Assembly: GCA_963720545.1 (NCBI GenBank)
Contig: OY970399.1
Location: 2,112,001-2,176,000, forward strand
Direction: 5' to 3'
DNA: 64,000 bases
Source of the DNA: an uncultured Acidobacteriota bacterium
GTDB lineage: Bacteria > Acidobacteriota > Vicinamibacteria > Fen-336
Position 1 is the first letter of the stretch; every line of letters starts with the position of its first letter. Below, piece by piece: positions 47,597 to 57,635 of this stretch. A model generated the notes under the pieces. The model was not told where the DNA came from, searched no databases, and worked only from the letters and a program-made list of their open reading frames with translations. A program made the translations under genes and the position numbers.

Positions 47597-48649
47597 ATGG
47601 CAGCGGTTGTGGATCGCCGTACCGGGGCGGACGACGAGGAACTGTTCCGCCAGTACGAAGGCGTCTTCGGCCTCAAGCTCACGGAAGGGTCGAAGCGGCG
47701 CTGGCGCTGGCAATACCTCGACAATCCGCGGACATCGGCCGCGGGGCCCGAGATCTGGGTGGCCCGCGAAGGAGACAAGGTTCTGGGGCAGTACGCATCG
47801 ATGCCGGTCGGCCTCTGGTGGGACAACAGGGAGATTCGCTCGTCCTGGGGCATGGACGTGTTCCTGAAGCCCGAGGCGCGCGGCAAGGGTATCGGCGCCG
47901 CGCTGTTCACGAAGTGGAGCGACAGTGTCGACGTCGCGCTCGGCCTCGGCCTGACCGAATCGTCCTACGGCCTCTTCAAGAAGCTGCGCTACGCCGACGT
48001 CGGCCCGGTGCCGTTTTACCAGAAGGTGCTCGACCCCGGCGCGGTGCTCAGGCGGCGCTTCGGTGCTTTTTTCGGCGCCGTCGGCGCGCCGTTCCTCGGG
48101 CTCGCCTTGCGCCTCACGCAGCGCGAGCGGCAATTGGCAGGGACCAGCGCCATCGAGGTGCGCGCTGCCGGAGAGTTTTCGGCGGAGTACGACGCGCTGT
48201 GGGAGCGTGCGCGCGCCTCTTACGCGATGTGCGTGCGGCGCGACGCGGCCTACCTGCAGTGGAAGTTCCGCGAGTGCCCGACGCGCACTTACGAGATCCT
48301 CGAGGCGCGCCGCGCCGGGGAGCTCGCAGGCTACGCGGTGACGCGCGTCGCCGAGCACGACGGGCTGCGCCTCGGCTGGATCCTCGACGTGTTCGCCGCT
48401 GCCCACGACCGTGAGGCCAAGGCGGCGCTCCTGCGCTCGATCCTCGAGCGCTTCGCCGCCGCTTCGGTGGCGCGCGCCCAGGCGTTCTCGATGAACGGCG
48501 CGCTCGCCGACGACCTGCGCGCGCTGGGCTTTCGCGCCGGCCCATCGCCGATGCAGTTCTGCGTGCGCTCGCGGGTCGAGAACGGCACGGTCTTCAGCCG
48601 CGCCGCCGACTGGCACGTGATGTTCGGCGACAGCGACATGGACCGATGA
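47597..48649 (+). CDS. GNAT family acyltransferase
   Basis: WRWQYLDNP, PEARGKGIG acyl-CoA motif, RRDAAYLQWKF. Confidence 0.8.
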   Translation: MAAVVDRRTGADDEELFRQYEGVFGLKLTEGSKRRWRWQYLDNPRTSAAGPEIWVAREGDKVLGQYASMPVGLWWDNREIRSSWGMDVFLKPEARGKGIGAALFTKWSDSVDVALGLGLTESSYGLFKKLRYADVGPVPFYQKVLDPGAVLRRRFGAFFGAVGAPFLGLALRLTQRERQLAGTSAIEVRAAGEFSAEYDALWERARASYAMCVRRDAAYLQWKFRECPTRTYEILEARRAGELAGYAVTRVAEHDGLRLGWILDVFAAAHDREAKAALLRSILERFAAASVARAQAFSMNGALADDLRALGFRAGPSPMQFCVRSRVENGTVFSRAADWHVMFGDSDMDR

Positions 48650-49608
48650 CGGCACCGGCAATCCTGGTCGGCATCGATACCGAGGCCGACGACCAGTGGT
48701 CGGCGCAGGGCCGCGAGGAAAACGCCGTGCGCAATGCCGCGCGCCTGCCGGCGCTGCAGGCGCTCTGCGACTCGTTCGGCGTACGGCCGACCTACCTCGT
48801 CACCTGGGAGATGGCGACCCGGCCCGAGAGCCGGGGCATCCTCAAGGAACTCTCCGCCACCGGTCACTGCGAGATCGGCACGCACCTGCACCCCTGGTCC
48901 TCGCCCCCGTTTCGCGCCGAGGACAGGAAGGACCACACCTATCCTCACAACCTGCCGCCCGAGCTTCTCGAGCGGCAGCTGCGCGAGCTGACCGAGGTGA
49001 TCGCCGAAAACTTCGGCACGCGCCCCACCACCTACCGCGCCGGCCGCAACGGCTTCGACGGCCGCACGCTGCCGATCCTCGAGGCGCTCGGGTACACGGT
49101 AGACACCAGCGTCGATCCGCTGTTCAACGAGAAGCGCAAGCGCGGCATGGTCTTCGACGGCGCGCCGCTCTTTCCCTACTACCCCGACTACGAGGACGTG
49201 CGCCGCGCCGGCAAGGCGCGCATCCTCGAGGTGCCGATCACCTCGGCCACCGCACCCGCGCTGCCCAAGTCGATCGAAGCGGCATACGCGCGCCTCAAGC
49301 CGATTCCGTGGCGCGGCGCCTTCAAGCGCATCGGCCTGCGGCCGGTGTGGCTGCGCCCGTCGTACACGAGCCGCGCCGACCTGCTGGCGTTCGCCACGGC
49401 ACTCTCCCGTCGCCAGGCGCCGTGCTTCAACATCATCTTCCACAGCAGCGAACTGCTGCCCGGCGGCTCGCCCTACACTCCCGACGAAGCGTCGGTGGCG
49501 CGCTTCCTCGCCGACCTCGGCGCGCTGTTCGAGCACCTCACCTCGCGGCTCGGAGCGCAGGGCCGCACCTACGCCGAGTTCGCACGCGCGTACCCGCGGG
49601 CGAGCTGA
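48646..49608 (+). CDS. Polysaccharide deacetylase (CE4, WalW-like)
   Basis: IDTEAD, EIGTHLHPW, YRAGR, FHSSELLPG. Confidence 0.87.
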   Translation: MTAPAILVGIDTEADDQWSAQGREENAVRNAARLPALQALCDSFGVRPTYLVTWEMATRPESRGILKELSATGHCEIGTHLHPWSSPPFRAEDRKDHTYPHNLPPELLERQLRELTEVIAENFGTRPTTYRAGRNGFDGRTLPILEALGYTVDTSVDPLFNEKRKRGMVFDGAPLFPYYPDYEDVRRAGKARILEVPITSATAPALPKSIEAAYARLKPIPWRGAFKRIGLRPVWLRPSYTSRADLLAFATALSRRQAPCFNIIFHSSELLPGGSPYTPDEASVARFLADLGALFEHLTSRLGAQGRTYAEFARAYPRAS

Positions 49609-49622
49609 GCCCGGCGAGCAGC

Positions 49623-50732
49623 ATGCGCATCCTGATGGTGACGCCGCACCTGCCACCGCATCAAGCCGCGAACGCGCTGCTGCCGCACCTCCTGGGCGGC
49701 GAGCTGCGCTCGGCGGGACACGCGGTCAACTTCCTCACCTTCGGCGCGAAGCCGTCCACCGGCGAGATCGCCTACGTGAAGCGGCGCTCGCCGCGCCTGC
49801 GCGCGACGCGCGTGCCGCAGGCGGTCGAAGCTTTCGAGACCTGGCGCAAGGCGCGCGCCTTCATCGACGCGGCCGACGTCGTGCACGTCCACTCCAACAC
49901 CTGGATGAACCAGGTGGCGGCGCGGCTCGCGCGCCGCGCCGGCAAGCGCTACGTGCTGACCCACTACGGCACCGAGATCTGGCACCACGACGGCAAGGAC
50001 CCGCTGTTTCGCCACCTGAACGCCGCTGCGGCGCACGTCGCGTTCTACAGCGCGGCGCTGCTCGAGCGCGGCCGCGAGCTGAACGTGCCGATGCGCGCCG
50101 CCTCCGTCGTCTACCCCCCGGTCGCCGATGTCTTCCGGCCGCCGGATCCTGTGGCCCGAGAGGCCGCGCGGCGTCATTTCCTGCCCGAAGGCGGCACGCT
50201 GCTGGTGAACGTCAAGCGCCTGCACCCGCTCGCCGACCACGAGACGCTGATCGCGGCCATGCCGCGCATCCGCCAGGCGCTGCCCGACGCGGTGCTGCTG
50301 ATCGCCGGTTCCGGCGAGACCGAGCCGGCGCTGCGCGCGCAGGCGGCGCATGCCGGCCTCGACGACTGCGTGCGCTTCCTCGGCCTGGTGCCGAATGACG
50401 AGATCGCGCGGCTGCAGGGCGCCGCCGACCTGTTCGTGCTGTCCTCGGTGCTCGAGGCGACGCCGACGGTGGCGCTCGAGGCGCTGGCCTGCGGCACGCG
50501 CGTCGTTTCCACCGACAACCCCGGCGGCACCGAGCTGCGCGCGATCTTCGGCGACGACGTTGCGGTGGTGCCGCGCCGGCAGAGCGACGCGCTCGCCGAC
50601 GCGGTGGCAACCGCGGTCGCGGCGCGGCGGCGCGCCGCGCCCGGCTCGCTGCGCATCATTGAGGAACGCTTTCGCCTGAGAGGCGTCGCCAGCCGCTACC
50701 TCGAGCTCTACGCCGAGGCGCGCGAAGCGTGA
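49623..50732 (+). CDS. GT4 glycosyltransferase
   Basis: MRILMVTPH, ADLFVLSS, EATPTVALEALACG. Confidence 0.88.
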   Translation: MRILMVTPHLPPHQAANALLPHLLGGELRSAGHAVNFLTFGAKPSTGEIAYVKRRSPRLRATRVPQAVEAFETWRKARAFIDAADVVHVHSNTWMNQVAARLARRAGKRYVLTHYGTEIWHHDGKDPLFRHLNAAAAHVAFYSAALLERGRELNVPMRAASVVYPPVADVFRPPDPVAREAARRHFLPEGGTLLVNVKRLHPLADHETLIAAMPRIRQALPDAVLLIAGSGETEPALRAQAAHAGLDDCVRFLGLVPNDEIARLQGAADLFVLSSVLEATPTVALEALACGTRVVSTDNPGGTELRAIFGDDVAVVPRRQSDALADAVATAVAARRRAAPGSLRIIEERFRLRGVASRYLELYAEAREA

Positions 50733-51571
50733 GGACGATCGACGACGGCGCCATCGCCGCGGCCGCCGCGCGCCGCTTTCGCGGCGAGTACGACTACGCC
50801 CAGTGGGAATACCTGCGCAGCGCCAAGGTGATCCGCGCCCTGGAACGCGCCGGCGTCGCGCTTGCGGGGCGGGTGCTCGATGCCGGCTGCGGCAGCGGCG
50901 GCACCGCTCTTTCGCTCGGCGAGGAGGCCGGCTTCTCCGTGGGCCTCGACCTCGACGCGCGCTTTTCCGGCACCGGCACCCGGCTGCGCAGCGAGCGCGG
51001 CATCGAACGCGCCGCGTTCGTCCAGGGCGACGCGCTGATCCTGCCGTTTCGCGAGCAGTCCTTCGACGTGGTCTTCTCGCACTCGGTCATCGAGCATGTC
51101 GCCTCGGCGGAGGAATACCTCGCCGAGTGCCGCCGCGTGCTGCGCCCCGGCGGCTTGCTCTATCTCTCCACCGCGCCGCACCTGTCGTTCGCCGGCGCGC
51201 ACCTGCCGCGGCTGCGCCTGCCGATCCCCATCCACATCGTGCTCGGCCGCGACCGTGCCTTCCGCACCTTCAAGTGGCTCGCCGCCAAGGCGCCGTGGAC
51301 GCTGCGCGAGCCGAAGGAGGCGAACACCTTCATCGCGCTGGCTGCGCAAGGCGGCGAGAAGCACGACGACCTGCTGCAGCACGTGACGCTGCCGCTCTTC
51401 GACAAGTGGCTTGCCGGTTCGGGCCTGACGCTGCTGCGCGCCGACCGCCACCTCACCGGCTTCTTCCGCGCGCTGCCGGACGCGCTGCGCTCCTTGCTGC
51501 TGCGCACCCGCGGCGTGCAGGACGTGATGGTGGGACAGATCGAGTGCGTCCTGAAGAAGCCGCTGCCATGA
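50729..51571 (+). CDS. Class I SAM-dependent methyltransferase
   Basis: VLDAGCGSG, GDALILPF, VIEHV, RVLRPGG. Confidence 0.9.
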   Translation: MRTIDDGAIAAAAARRFRGEYDYAQWEYLRSAKVIRALERAGVALAGRVLDAGCGSGGTALSLGEEAGFSVGLDLDARFSGTGTRLRSERGIERAAFVQGDALILPFREQSFDVVFSHSVIEHVASAEEYLAECRRVLRPGGLLYLSTAPHLSFAGAHLPRLRLPIPIHIVLGRDRAFRTFKWLAAKAPWTLREPKEANTFIALAAQGGEKHDDLLQHVTLPLFDKWLAGSGLTLLRADRHLTGFFRALPDALRSLLLRTRGVQDVMVGQIECVLKKPLP

Positions 51572-52779
51572 GCATCTCCGTGCTGATGACAGCCGACATC
51601 CGCTTTCCGCTGGAGCGCGCCAACGGCGTGCAGATCGTGAAGACCGCCGCCGCGCTCGCCGACCTCGGCATCGCGACCGAGCTGCTGGTGCGCCACAGCG
51701 ACCCGCGCGCGACCGCGGAGATCCTCGCGCTCTACGGCGTGCCGGCGGCCACGACCCTGCGCGTCACGCGGGTTGCGGTCGGCCACCGCCGCGGCCGCAC
51801 GCTCTGGCCGCGCCTCAGGTTCCTGTGGCAGGCGCTGCGCCGCGCGCGCACGCACCTCCGGACCGGCGGCGTCGTCTACACGCGCGACCTGCAGCTCGCC
51901 GCAGCACTCGTGCGCTGGCGCCAGCAAGGCAAGGGTGCCCTGGTTTACGAGGCGCACGCGGTCGAGGCGCTCATGTACCAGGAGCGCGCGGCGCTCTACG
52001 GCTCCGCGGAGCGGGTCAGCGCGGGCAAGCTGCGCCGGCTGCAGCGGCGCGAGCACGCCGTGTGGCGCGGCGCCGATGCGTTCGTCGCGACCACCAGCGG
52101 CATCGCCGCGGCGTTCGCCGAAGCCTACGGCCAGCGGCCGCGGGTGGCCGTGATCCCGAACGGCGCGGACCTGTCCGCACACGCGGAACCGCCGCCGCTC
52201 GTGGCCGAGCCGCCGCATCGGGTGCTCTATGCCGGACAGCTCTATCCGTGGAAGGGCGTCGACGTGCTGGTGGAGGCGATGGCGTTCGTGCCCGACGCCA
52301 CACTGGTCGTCATCGGCGGCCTCGAAGGTGAGCGCGATCTCGCCCGCATCCGCGCGCTGGTCGAGGCGCGCGGCCTCACCGGGCGCACCGAGCTGCGGCC
52401 CACCATCCCGCAGGCCGAGGTGCAGGCCGAACTGCTGCGCGCGAGCGTCATCGCCGTGCCGTTCCGCCGCACCGCGATGAGCGAGCGGCACACCTCGCCG
52501 CTCAAGGCGTTCGAGGCGATGGCCGCCGGCCGCCCGCTGGTGACCAGCGACCTGCCGTCGAGCAGGGAGTTCCTCGAGCACGAGAAGAACGCGCTGCTGG
52601 TGCCGCCGGACGATCCGCAGGCGCTCGGCGAAGCGATCCGCAGGCTCGTCGAGCACCCGCTGCTGGCGCGCCGCCTCGCGCGCGCCGCCTTCGACGCGGC
52701 GCCTGCCTTCGCCTGGCCGGCGCGGGCGCGCAAGATCCAGTTCCTGCTGCGCGGCCTCGAAGCGGGTACCGAAGGATGA
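51568..52779 (+). CDS. GT4 glycosyltransferase
   Basis: YAGQLYPWKG, TSPLKAFEAMAAGRP. Confidence 0.9.
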   Translation: MSISVLMTADIRFPLERANGVQIVKTAAALADLGIATELLVRHSDPRATAEILALYGVPAATTLRVTRVAVGHRRGRTLWPRLRFLWQALRRARTHLRTGGVVYTRDLQLAAALVRWRQQGKGALVYEAHAVEALMYQERAALYGSAERVSAGKLRRLQRREHAVWRGADAFVATTSGIAAAFAEAYGQRPRVAVIPNGADLSAHAEPPPLVAEPPHRVLYAGQLYPWKGVDVLVEAMAFVPDATLVVIGGLEGERDLARIRALVEARGLTGRTELRPTIPQAEVQAELLRASVIAVPFRRTAMSERHTSPLKAFEAMAAGRPLVTSDLPSSREFLEHEKNALLVPPDDPQALGEAIRRLVEHPLLARRLARAAFDAAPAFAWPARARKIQFLLRGLEAGTEG

Positions 52780-54137
52780 CGCCGCGCAAGCTGCTGGCGC
52801 TCGTGTTCCTGCTGAGCCTGCCGCTCGTGACCACGCGGCTGCGCGGCGCCGACGAGATCGAATACTTCTCCTACCTGCGGTCGATGGCCTTCGACCGCGA
52901 CCTCGAGTTCGGCAACGAGTACGCCCATTTCCACGCGCTCGACCCCGCGGGTCTCGCCGGCTTCAAGGCGACCTTCCTCGACCTGCGCGAGCCGCGCACC
53001 GGCGCCCACATCAACTTCGCGCCGCTCGGTTCGGCGCTGCTGTGGGCGCCTTTCTACGCGCTGGCGCACGCGGGCGTGCTGGTCGCGCGCGCGTTCGGCG
53101 CCGAGGTTCCGGCCGACGGCTTCTCGCGGCCGTACGTGGCCGCCGTCTGCTACGCGTCGGCGTTCTATGCGTTCGCCGGGCTCTTCCTCCTGTTCGAGAC
53201 GCTGCGCCGCCACGGCCACTTCCCGCAGCGCGCGGCGCTGCTCGCGGTCCTCGCCACCTGGGCGGCGAGCCCGCTCCTCTACTACACGACCGTGGCGCCG
53301 GGGTTCGCGCACGCCAATTCGTTCTTCTGCGTGGCGCTCCTCCTCTGCCTGTCGCTGCGCGCATTCTTCATGCGCTCGGCGTCGGTCTTCGACTGGGTGC
53401 TGTGCGGCGCCGCGGCCGGCTTCTGCGCGCTGGTGCGCGAACAGGACGGCCTGTTCCTGGTCCTGCCGCTGCTGCTCCTCGCCCTGATTCTGCGCCGCAG
53501 GGGCGGGCTGGCGCGCGTGGCGGCGGCGGCCGCGGCCATGGTCGCGGCGGCGTTGGTGGTGTTCATTCCGCAGCTCGCGGCCTACCATGCGATCAACGGC
53601 TCGTACGGGCCGTCGCGGCTGGTGGCGCGCAAGATGAGCTTCGGGAGCCCGCACTTTCTCGCCGTGCTCGTCGATCCGGCGCACGGCTTCTTGTGGTGGA
53701 CGCCACTGGCATTGCTCGCGGCCGCGGGGCTCCTGGCGCTCGTCTGGAAGCAGCGCGCCGCCTGGGCGCTGGCGCTCATTGCCGCGTTCTTCGTCCAGGT
53801 CGCAATCAACGGCTCGGTCCTGAGCTGGACGCAGGCGGGCGCGTTCGGCGCGCGCCGCTTCGTCTCCACTTACCCGCTGCTCGCCTTCGGCCTCGCCATG
53901 GCGTTCGCCGAGCTGCTCGCCGGCGGGCGCAGGTTCCTCGCGGCCCTGGTCCTGTCGCTCTTCACCTGGTGGAACATCTCGCTCATGGTCCAGTTCGCGC
54001 TGCGCATCATGGACCGCCAGGGCCTCGCGTGGCCGGCGGTGGCGGTCAACCAGTTCACCGCGGTGCCGCCGCGCCTGGTGCGCACCGCCTGGCTGTTCGT
54101 CACCGATCGCGAGCGGCTGGTGCGCGAGGCACGATGA
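52776..54137 (+). CDS. GT-C-like membrane glycosyltransferase
   Basis: GADEIEYFSYLRSMAFDRDLEFGNE loop, HGFLWWTP, FGARRF; many TMs. Confidence 0.72.
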   Translation: MTPRKLLALVFLLSLPLVTTRLRGADEIEYFSYLRSMAFDRDLEFGNEYAHFHALDPAGLAGFKATFLDLREPRTGAHINFAPLGSALLWAPFYALAHAGVLVARAFGAEVPADGFSRPYVAAVCYASAFYAFAGLFLLFETLRRHGHFPQRAALLAVLATWAASPLLYYTTVAPGFAHANSFFCVALLLCLSLRAFFMRSASVFDWVLCGAAAGFCALVREQDGLFLVLPLLLLALILRRRGGLARVAAAAAAMVAAALVVFIPQLAAYHAINGSYGPSRLVARKMSFGSPHFLAVLVDPAHGFLWWTPLALLAAAGLLALVWKQRAAWALALIAAFFVQVAINGSVLSWTQAGAFGARRFVSTYPLLAFGLAMAFAELLAGGRRFLAALVLSLFTWWNISLMVQFALRIMDRQGLAWPAVAVNQFTAVPPRLVRTAWLFVTDRERLVREAR

Positions 54138-55339
54138 TTTCCGATGCCTTGCTCGCGATCGCCGCGTGTCCTGTGTGCCTCGAACCCGGGGGTTGCGCTG
54201 CCTGCGCTCGGCCGCCAGGCGATCACCAGGAGCATTGCGCTGCCCAGTACGCAGCGCGGGTGCGCTGCGCCTGCGGCGGTCCCGACAAGGTGCGCCTGGC
54301 CCCGGCGGCAGACGGCTCGGCGCGCCTGCACTGCTCCTGCTGCGGCGCCTTCTACCCGCTCGATCACGACGGCGGCTTTGCCGACCTCGCGCCGCGCACC
54401 GAGGTTGGCGCCGGGTCGCTCTACGAAGACCACGAGTTCCACGAACGCCTCGGCGTCACTGACGCGCCGCCGCTGCTGTCGGCGCGCGTGAAGTTCGACA
54501 TGATGGCGAAGATGCTGCGGCTTGGCACGGGCGACGTGGTCGCCGACCTCGGTTCGGGCGCCGGCAAGTTCTCGCTGTTCGCCGCCGCCCACGGCGCGCG
54601 GCCCACCGGCATCGACCTGGCGCCTTACTTCCTCGATCGCGCGGCGCGCACCGTGGACCTGGTGAAGGGCGACCTGCGGCGCCTGCCGTTTCGCAACGCC
54701 ACCTTCCCCAAGGGCTACACGCTCGACGTCCTCGAGCACCTCGAGGAAGACGGCGTCAGCGACATTCTGGTGGAAGCGCGGCGCGCCCTGCGCCGGGACG
54801 GCGCGCTGTTCGTCTACACGCATGCGATGGAATCGTCGCGCATCGCGTCCTTCCAGCGCGGCGTGAACCGGCTGGCACGGCGGCTCGGCGAGGCCGGCCT
54901 CATCGACCACGAGCGCGAGGCGATGCGCAAGAGCGACCACCGCAACGCCATCCGCTCGCACGAGCATTTCGATGCGCTGTGCGCCGCCGCCGGCCTGCGG
55001 GTCAGCGAGCGCCGTTACTACAACGTGTTCTTCAAGGCGGTCATCGAAGACCTGTTCCTGCGCCTCGTCGAGCAGCGGCGGCGCCGCCGCGCCGGCACCG
55101 CGGCCGCGGCCGGGCATGGGCACGGCCATGGTCATGCTGAGACCGGGCACGCCCACGAGTCTGCGCCACAGCCCGCCGCGCGCCTCGCGGGCGGACCGCC
55201 GCCGTCGCCTTTCGTCATGGCTGTGGCGGCGGCGCTCACCTGGCTGATGAAGCTCGACGTGGTTTTCTTCGCACGAGTGCGCACCGGGCCTTTTTTCGCG
55301 CGCCTCGAGCACCTGCCGGACGCGGCCAAGGGGCAGTGA
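54134..55339 (+). CDS. SAM methyltransferase with Cys-rich Trm112-like N-terminus
   Basis: IAACPVC...HCSCCGAFYP; ADLGSGAG; LDVLEH. Confidence 0.8.
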   Translation: MISDALLAIAACPVCLEPGGCAACARPPGDHQEHCAAQYAARVRCACGGPDKVRLAPAADGSARLHCSCCGAFYPLDHDGGFADLAPRTEVGAGSLYEDHEFHERLGVTDAPPLLSARVKFDMMAKMLRLGTGDVVADLGSGAGKFSLFAAAHGARPTGIDLAPYFLDRAARTVDLVKGDLRRLPFRNATFPKGYTLDVLEHLEEDGVSDILVEARRALRRDGALFVYTHAMESSRIASFQRGVNRLARRLGEAGLIDHEREAMRKSDHRNAIRSHEHFDALCAAAGLRVSERRYYNVFFKAVIEDLFLRLVEQRRRRRAGTAAAAGHGHGHGHAETGHAHESAPQPAARLAGGPPPSPFVMAVAAALTWLMKLDVVFFARVRTGPFFARLEHLPDAAKGQ

Positions 55340-56469
55340 GGATTCTGTACGTGGCCACCGACCAGCGCGTCCCCGGCACCACCGGTGGCAGCATCCACGT
55401 GTGGGAGGTGGCACGCGGCCTCGCGGCCCGCGGACACGACATGCACGTGGTCATCGACGCGCAAAGCGCGCCCGAGCCGCTGCGCGGCGTCACCTGGCAC
55501 CGCATCTCGTGGTCGCCGCAGCAGCGCTTCTTCCGCTTTCGCGCGCGCGCCGCCGTGGCCGCGATCGCGCGGCAGGCGCAGCCCGATGCGCTCATCGAGC
55601 GCTACTACAACTTTGGCGGGGAGGGCATCCGCGCTGCGAAAGAGCTCGGGATCCCCTCGGTGCTCGAGGTCAATTCGCCGGTCATCGACCATCCCGGCTC
55701 ACTCAAGGGCCTCGTTGACCGGCTGCTCCTGGTGCGGCCAATGCACCGCTACCGCGAGAGCCTGTGCCGCGATGCCGCCGCTCTCCTCACGCCCATCACC
55801 AGCATCGTGCCCGAGGCTGCGCGCGCCAAGGCGCACATCGTCACGTGGGGCGCCGATGTCGAAGGATTCACGCCGGCGCGACGCTCCGAAGCGCTGCGCG
55901 CGGCGTGGGGCGTGCCGCAAGGCGCAACCGTGGTGCTGTTCATGGGCAGCTTCCGGCCATGGCACGGCGTCTCGGTGTTCGAAGCCGCGGCGGCGAGCCT
56001 GGTGGGCCGCACCGATCTCTTCTTCGTGCTCGCCGGCGGTGAAGCAACGGGTCCGGCACGCGGCTTTCGCGGCCGCCGCCTGGGCAAGGTACCGTACGCA
56101 CAGATGCCGGAGGTGGCGGCGTCGGCCGACATCGGCGCGGCGCCCTACGACACCGCGCGCCTCGCGCAGCTGCGGCTCGGCTTTTACTGGTCGCCGCTCA
56201 AGGTCTTCGAATACATGGCGAGCGGCCTGCCGGTGGTGACGATCGGGCGCACGCCGCTTTCGTCGATCGTGCGCGCGGGACAGGAAGCGCTGTTCTTCGC
56301 GGACGGCGATGCCACCAGCTTCGCGAACGCGGTGGTGCGGCTTGCCGACGACGCCGCGCTGCGGCAGCGGCTGGGACGAAGCGCACGCGAGCGGGTGGTG
56401 GCCCACTATTCCTGGGCCGCGCACTGCGCGCAGGTCGAAGGCGTGCTGCGCCAGGTGGCGCGCGCGTGA
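55336..56469 (+). CDS. GT4 glycosyltransferase
   Basis: LEVNSP, GSFRPWHG, SPLKVFEYMASGLP. Confidence 0.9.
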   Translation: MRILYVATDQRVPGTTGGSIHVWEVARGLAARGHDMHVVIDAQSAPEPLRGVTWHRISWSPQQRFFRFRARAAVAAIARQAQPDALIERYYNFGGEGIRAAKELGIPSVLEVNSPVIDHPGSLKGLVDRLLLVRPMHRYRESLCRDAAALLTPITSIVPEAARAKAHIVTWGADVEGFTPARRSEALRAAWGVPQGATVVLFMGSFRPWHGVSVFEAAAASLVGRTDLFFVLAGGEATGPARGFRGRRLGKVPYAQMPEVAASADIGAAPYDTARLAQLRLGFYWSPLKVFEYMASGLPVVTIGRTPLSSIVRAGQEALFFADGDATSFANAVVRLADDAALRQRLGRSARERVVAHYSWAAHCAQVEGVLRQVARA

Positions 56470-57635
56470 GGATCCTGCTGCCGACCGAGGTGTATCCACC
56501 GCGCGCCGGCGGCGCCGGCTGGTCGACGCGCGCTCTGGCGCTCGCGCTGCAAGGCGCCGGCCACGACGTCACCGTGGTGACCACGAGCCCCGGCCCCGTG
56601 AAGGACGGCACCCTCGACGTCACCCGCCTGCCGGCACCCGGGCGCAAGCGCTTCGCGGTGCCGCGCGTCATCCGCGCCGCGGTCGCGGCGCATGAAGGTG
56701 CCGTGATCCACGCGCAGCATTCGCTGTCGGCGCTCGGCGCCTTGTCGGCGGGCGCGCCACAGCGCGTGGCGGTGACGGTGCGCGATCACTGGCCGGTGTG
56801 CTTCTGGTCCACGCGCATCAGCCGCGGCGCGCTCTGCCCGGAGTGCACGCTCGTCAACATGACGAAGTGCGTCGACGGCCACGTGCCGCTGCCGCGGCCA
56901 CTGTCCCTGGCCGCGATCCCCTACATGCGCACCGACCTCGCCGCCAAGCGACGCGCGTTGCTGCAGGCCGGGGCGGTGCTGGCGGTGAGCGAAGCCATCG
57001 CCTCCGAGCTGCGCGGCCTCGGCCTCGCCATCGAGCGCGTCTTCACCCTGCCCAACATCGTGGACGCCGAGGAGACGGCGCGCATTGCACGCGAGGCGCC
57101 GGCGCTGGAGCTGCCGGAGAAATTCCTGCTGTTCATCGGCAAGCTCGAGGAGAACAAGGGCGTGCGCCTGCTGGTGCCGGCGATCGCCGCCTCGGGGACG
57201 CGTCTGCCCCTGGTGGTGCTCGGCGAGGGCTCGCTGCTCGCGGAGATGAAGTTCGCGGCCGAGGCGCGCGGCGTCGAGCTGGTGTCGCGCGGCTGGACGC
57301 ATCGCGACGACGCGCTGCGCGCGCTCGGCCGGGCCAGCGGCCTGGTGTTCCCGTCGCTGTGGCCGGAGCCGTTGTCGCGGGTGCTGCTCGAAGCGCTGTC
57401 GCTCGGCGTGCCGATCGCCGCGATGGACACCGGCGGCACGCGCGAGATCCTCGAGGACGGCAAGAGCGGCCTGATCGTCCCCGACGCCGCGGGCCTGGCG
57501 CAGGCGGTGGCGCGCATCGTCCTCGACCCACGCCTCGCGCTGCGGCTTGCCGAGGGTGCCCGCGACCGTGCGCGGGCGTTTTCGCCCGAGGTGCTGGTGC
57601 CGCGCTACGAAGACGTGTACCGGCGGCTCGTGTGA
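56466..57635 (+). CDS. GT4 glycosyltransferase
   Basis: GKLEENKG, FPSLWPEPLSRVLLEA. Confidence 0.9.
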   Translation: MRILLPTEVYPPRAGGAGWSTRALALALQGAGHDVTVVTTSPGPVKDGTLDVTRLPAPGRKRFAVPRVIRAAVAAHEGAVIHAQHSLSALGALSAGAPQRVAVTVRDHWPVCFWSTRISRGALCPECTLVNMTKCVDGHVPLPRPLSLAAIPYMRTDLAAKRRALLQAGAVLAVSEAIASELRGLGLAIERVFTLPNIVDAEETARIAREAPALELPEKFLLFIGKLEENKGVRLLVPAIAASGTRLPLVVLGEGSLLAEMKFAAEARGVELVSRGWTHRDDALRALGRASGLVFPSLWPEPLSRVLLEALSLGVPIAAMDTGGTREILEDGKSGLIVPDAAGLAQAVARIVLDPRLALRLAEGARDRARAFSPEVLVPRYEDVYRRLV

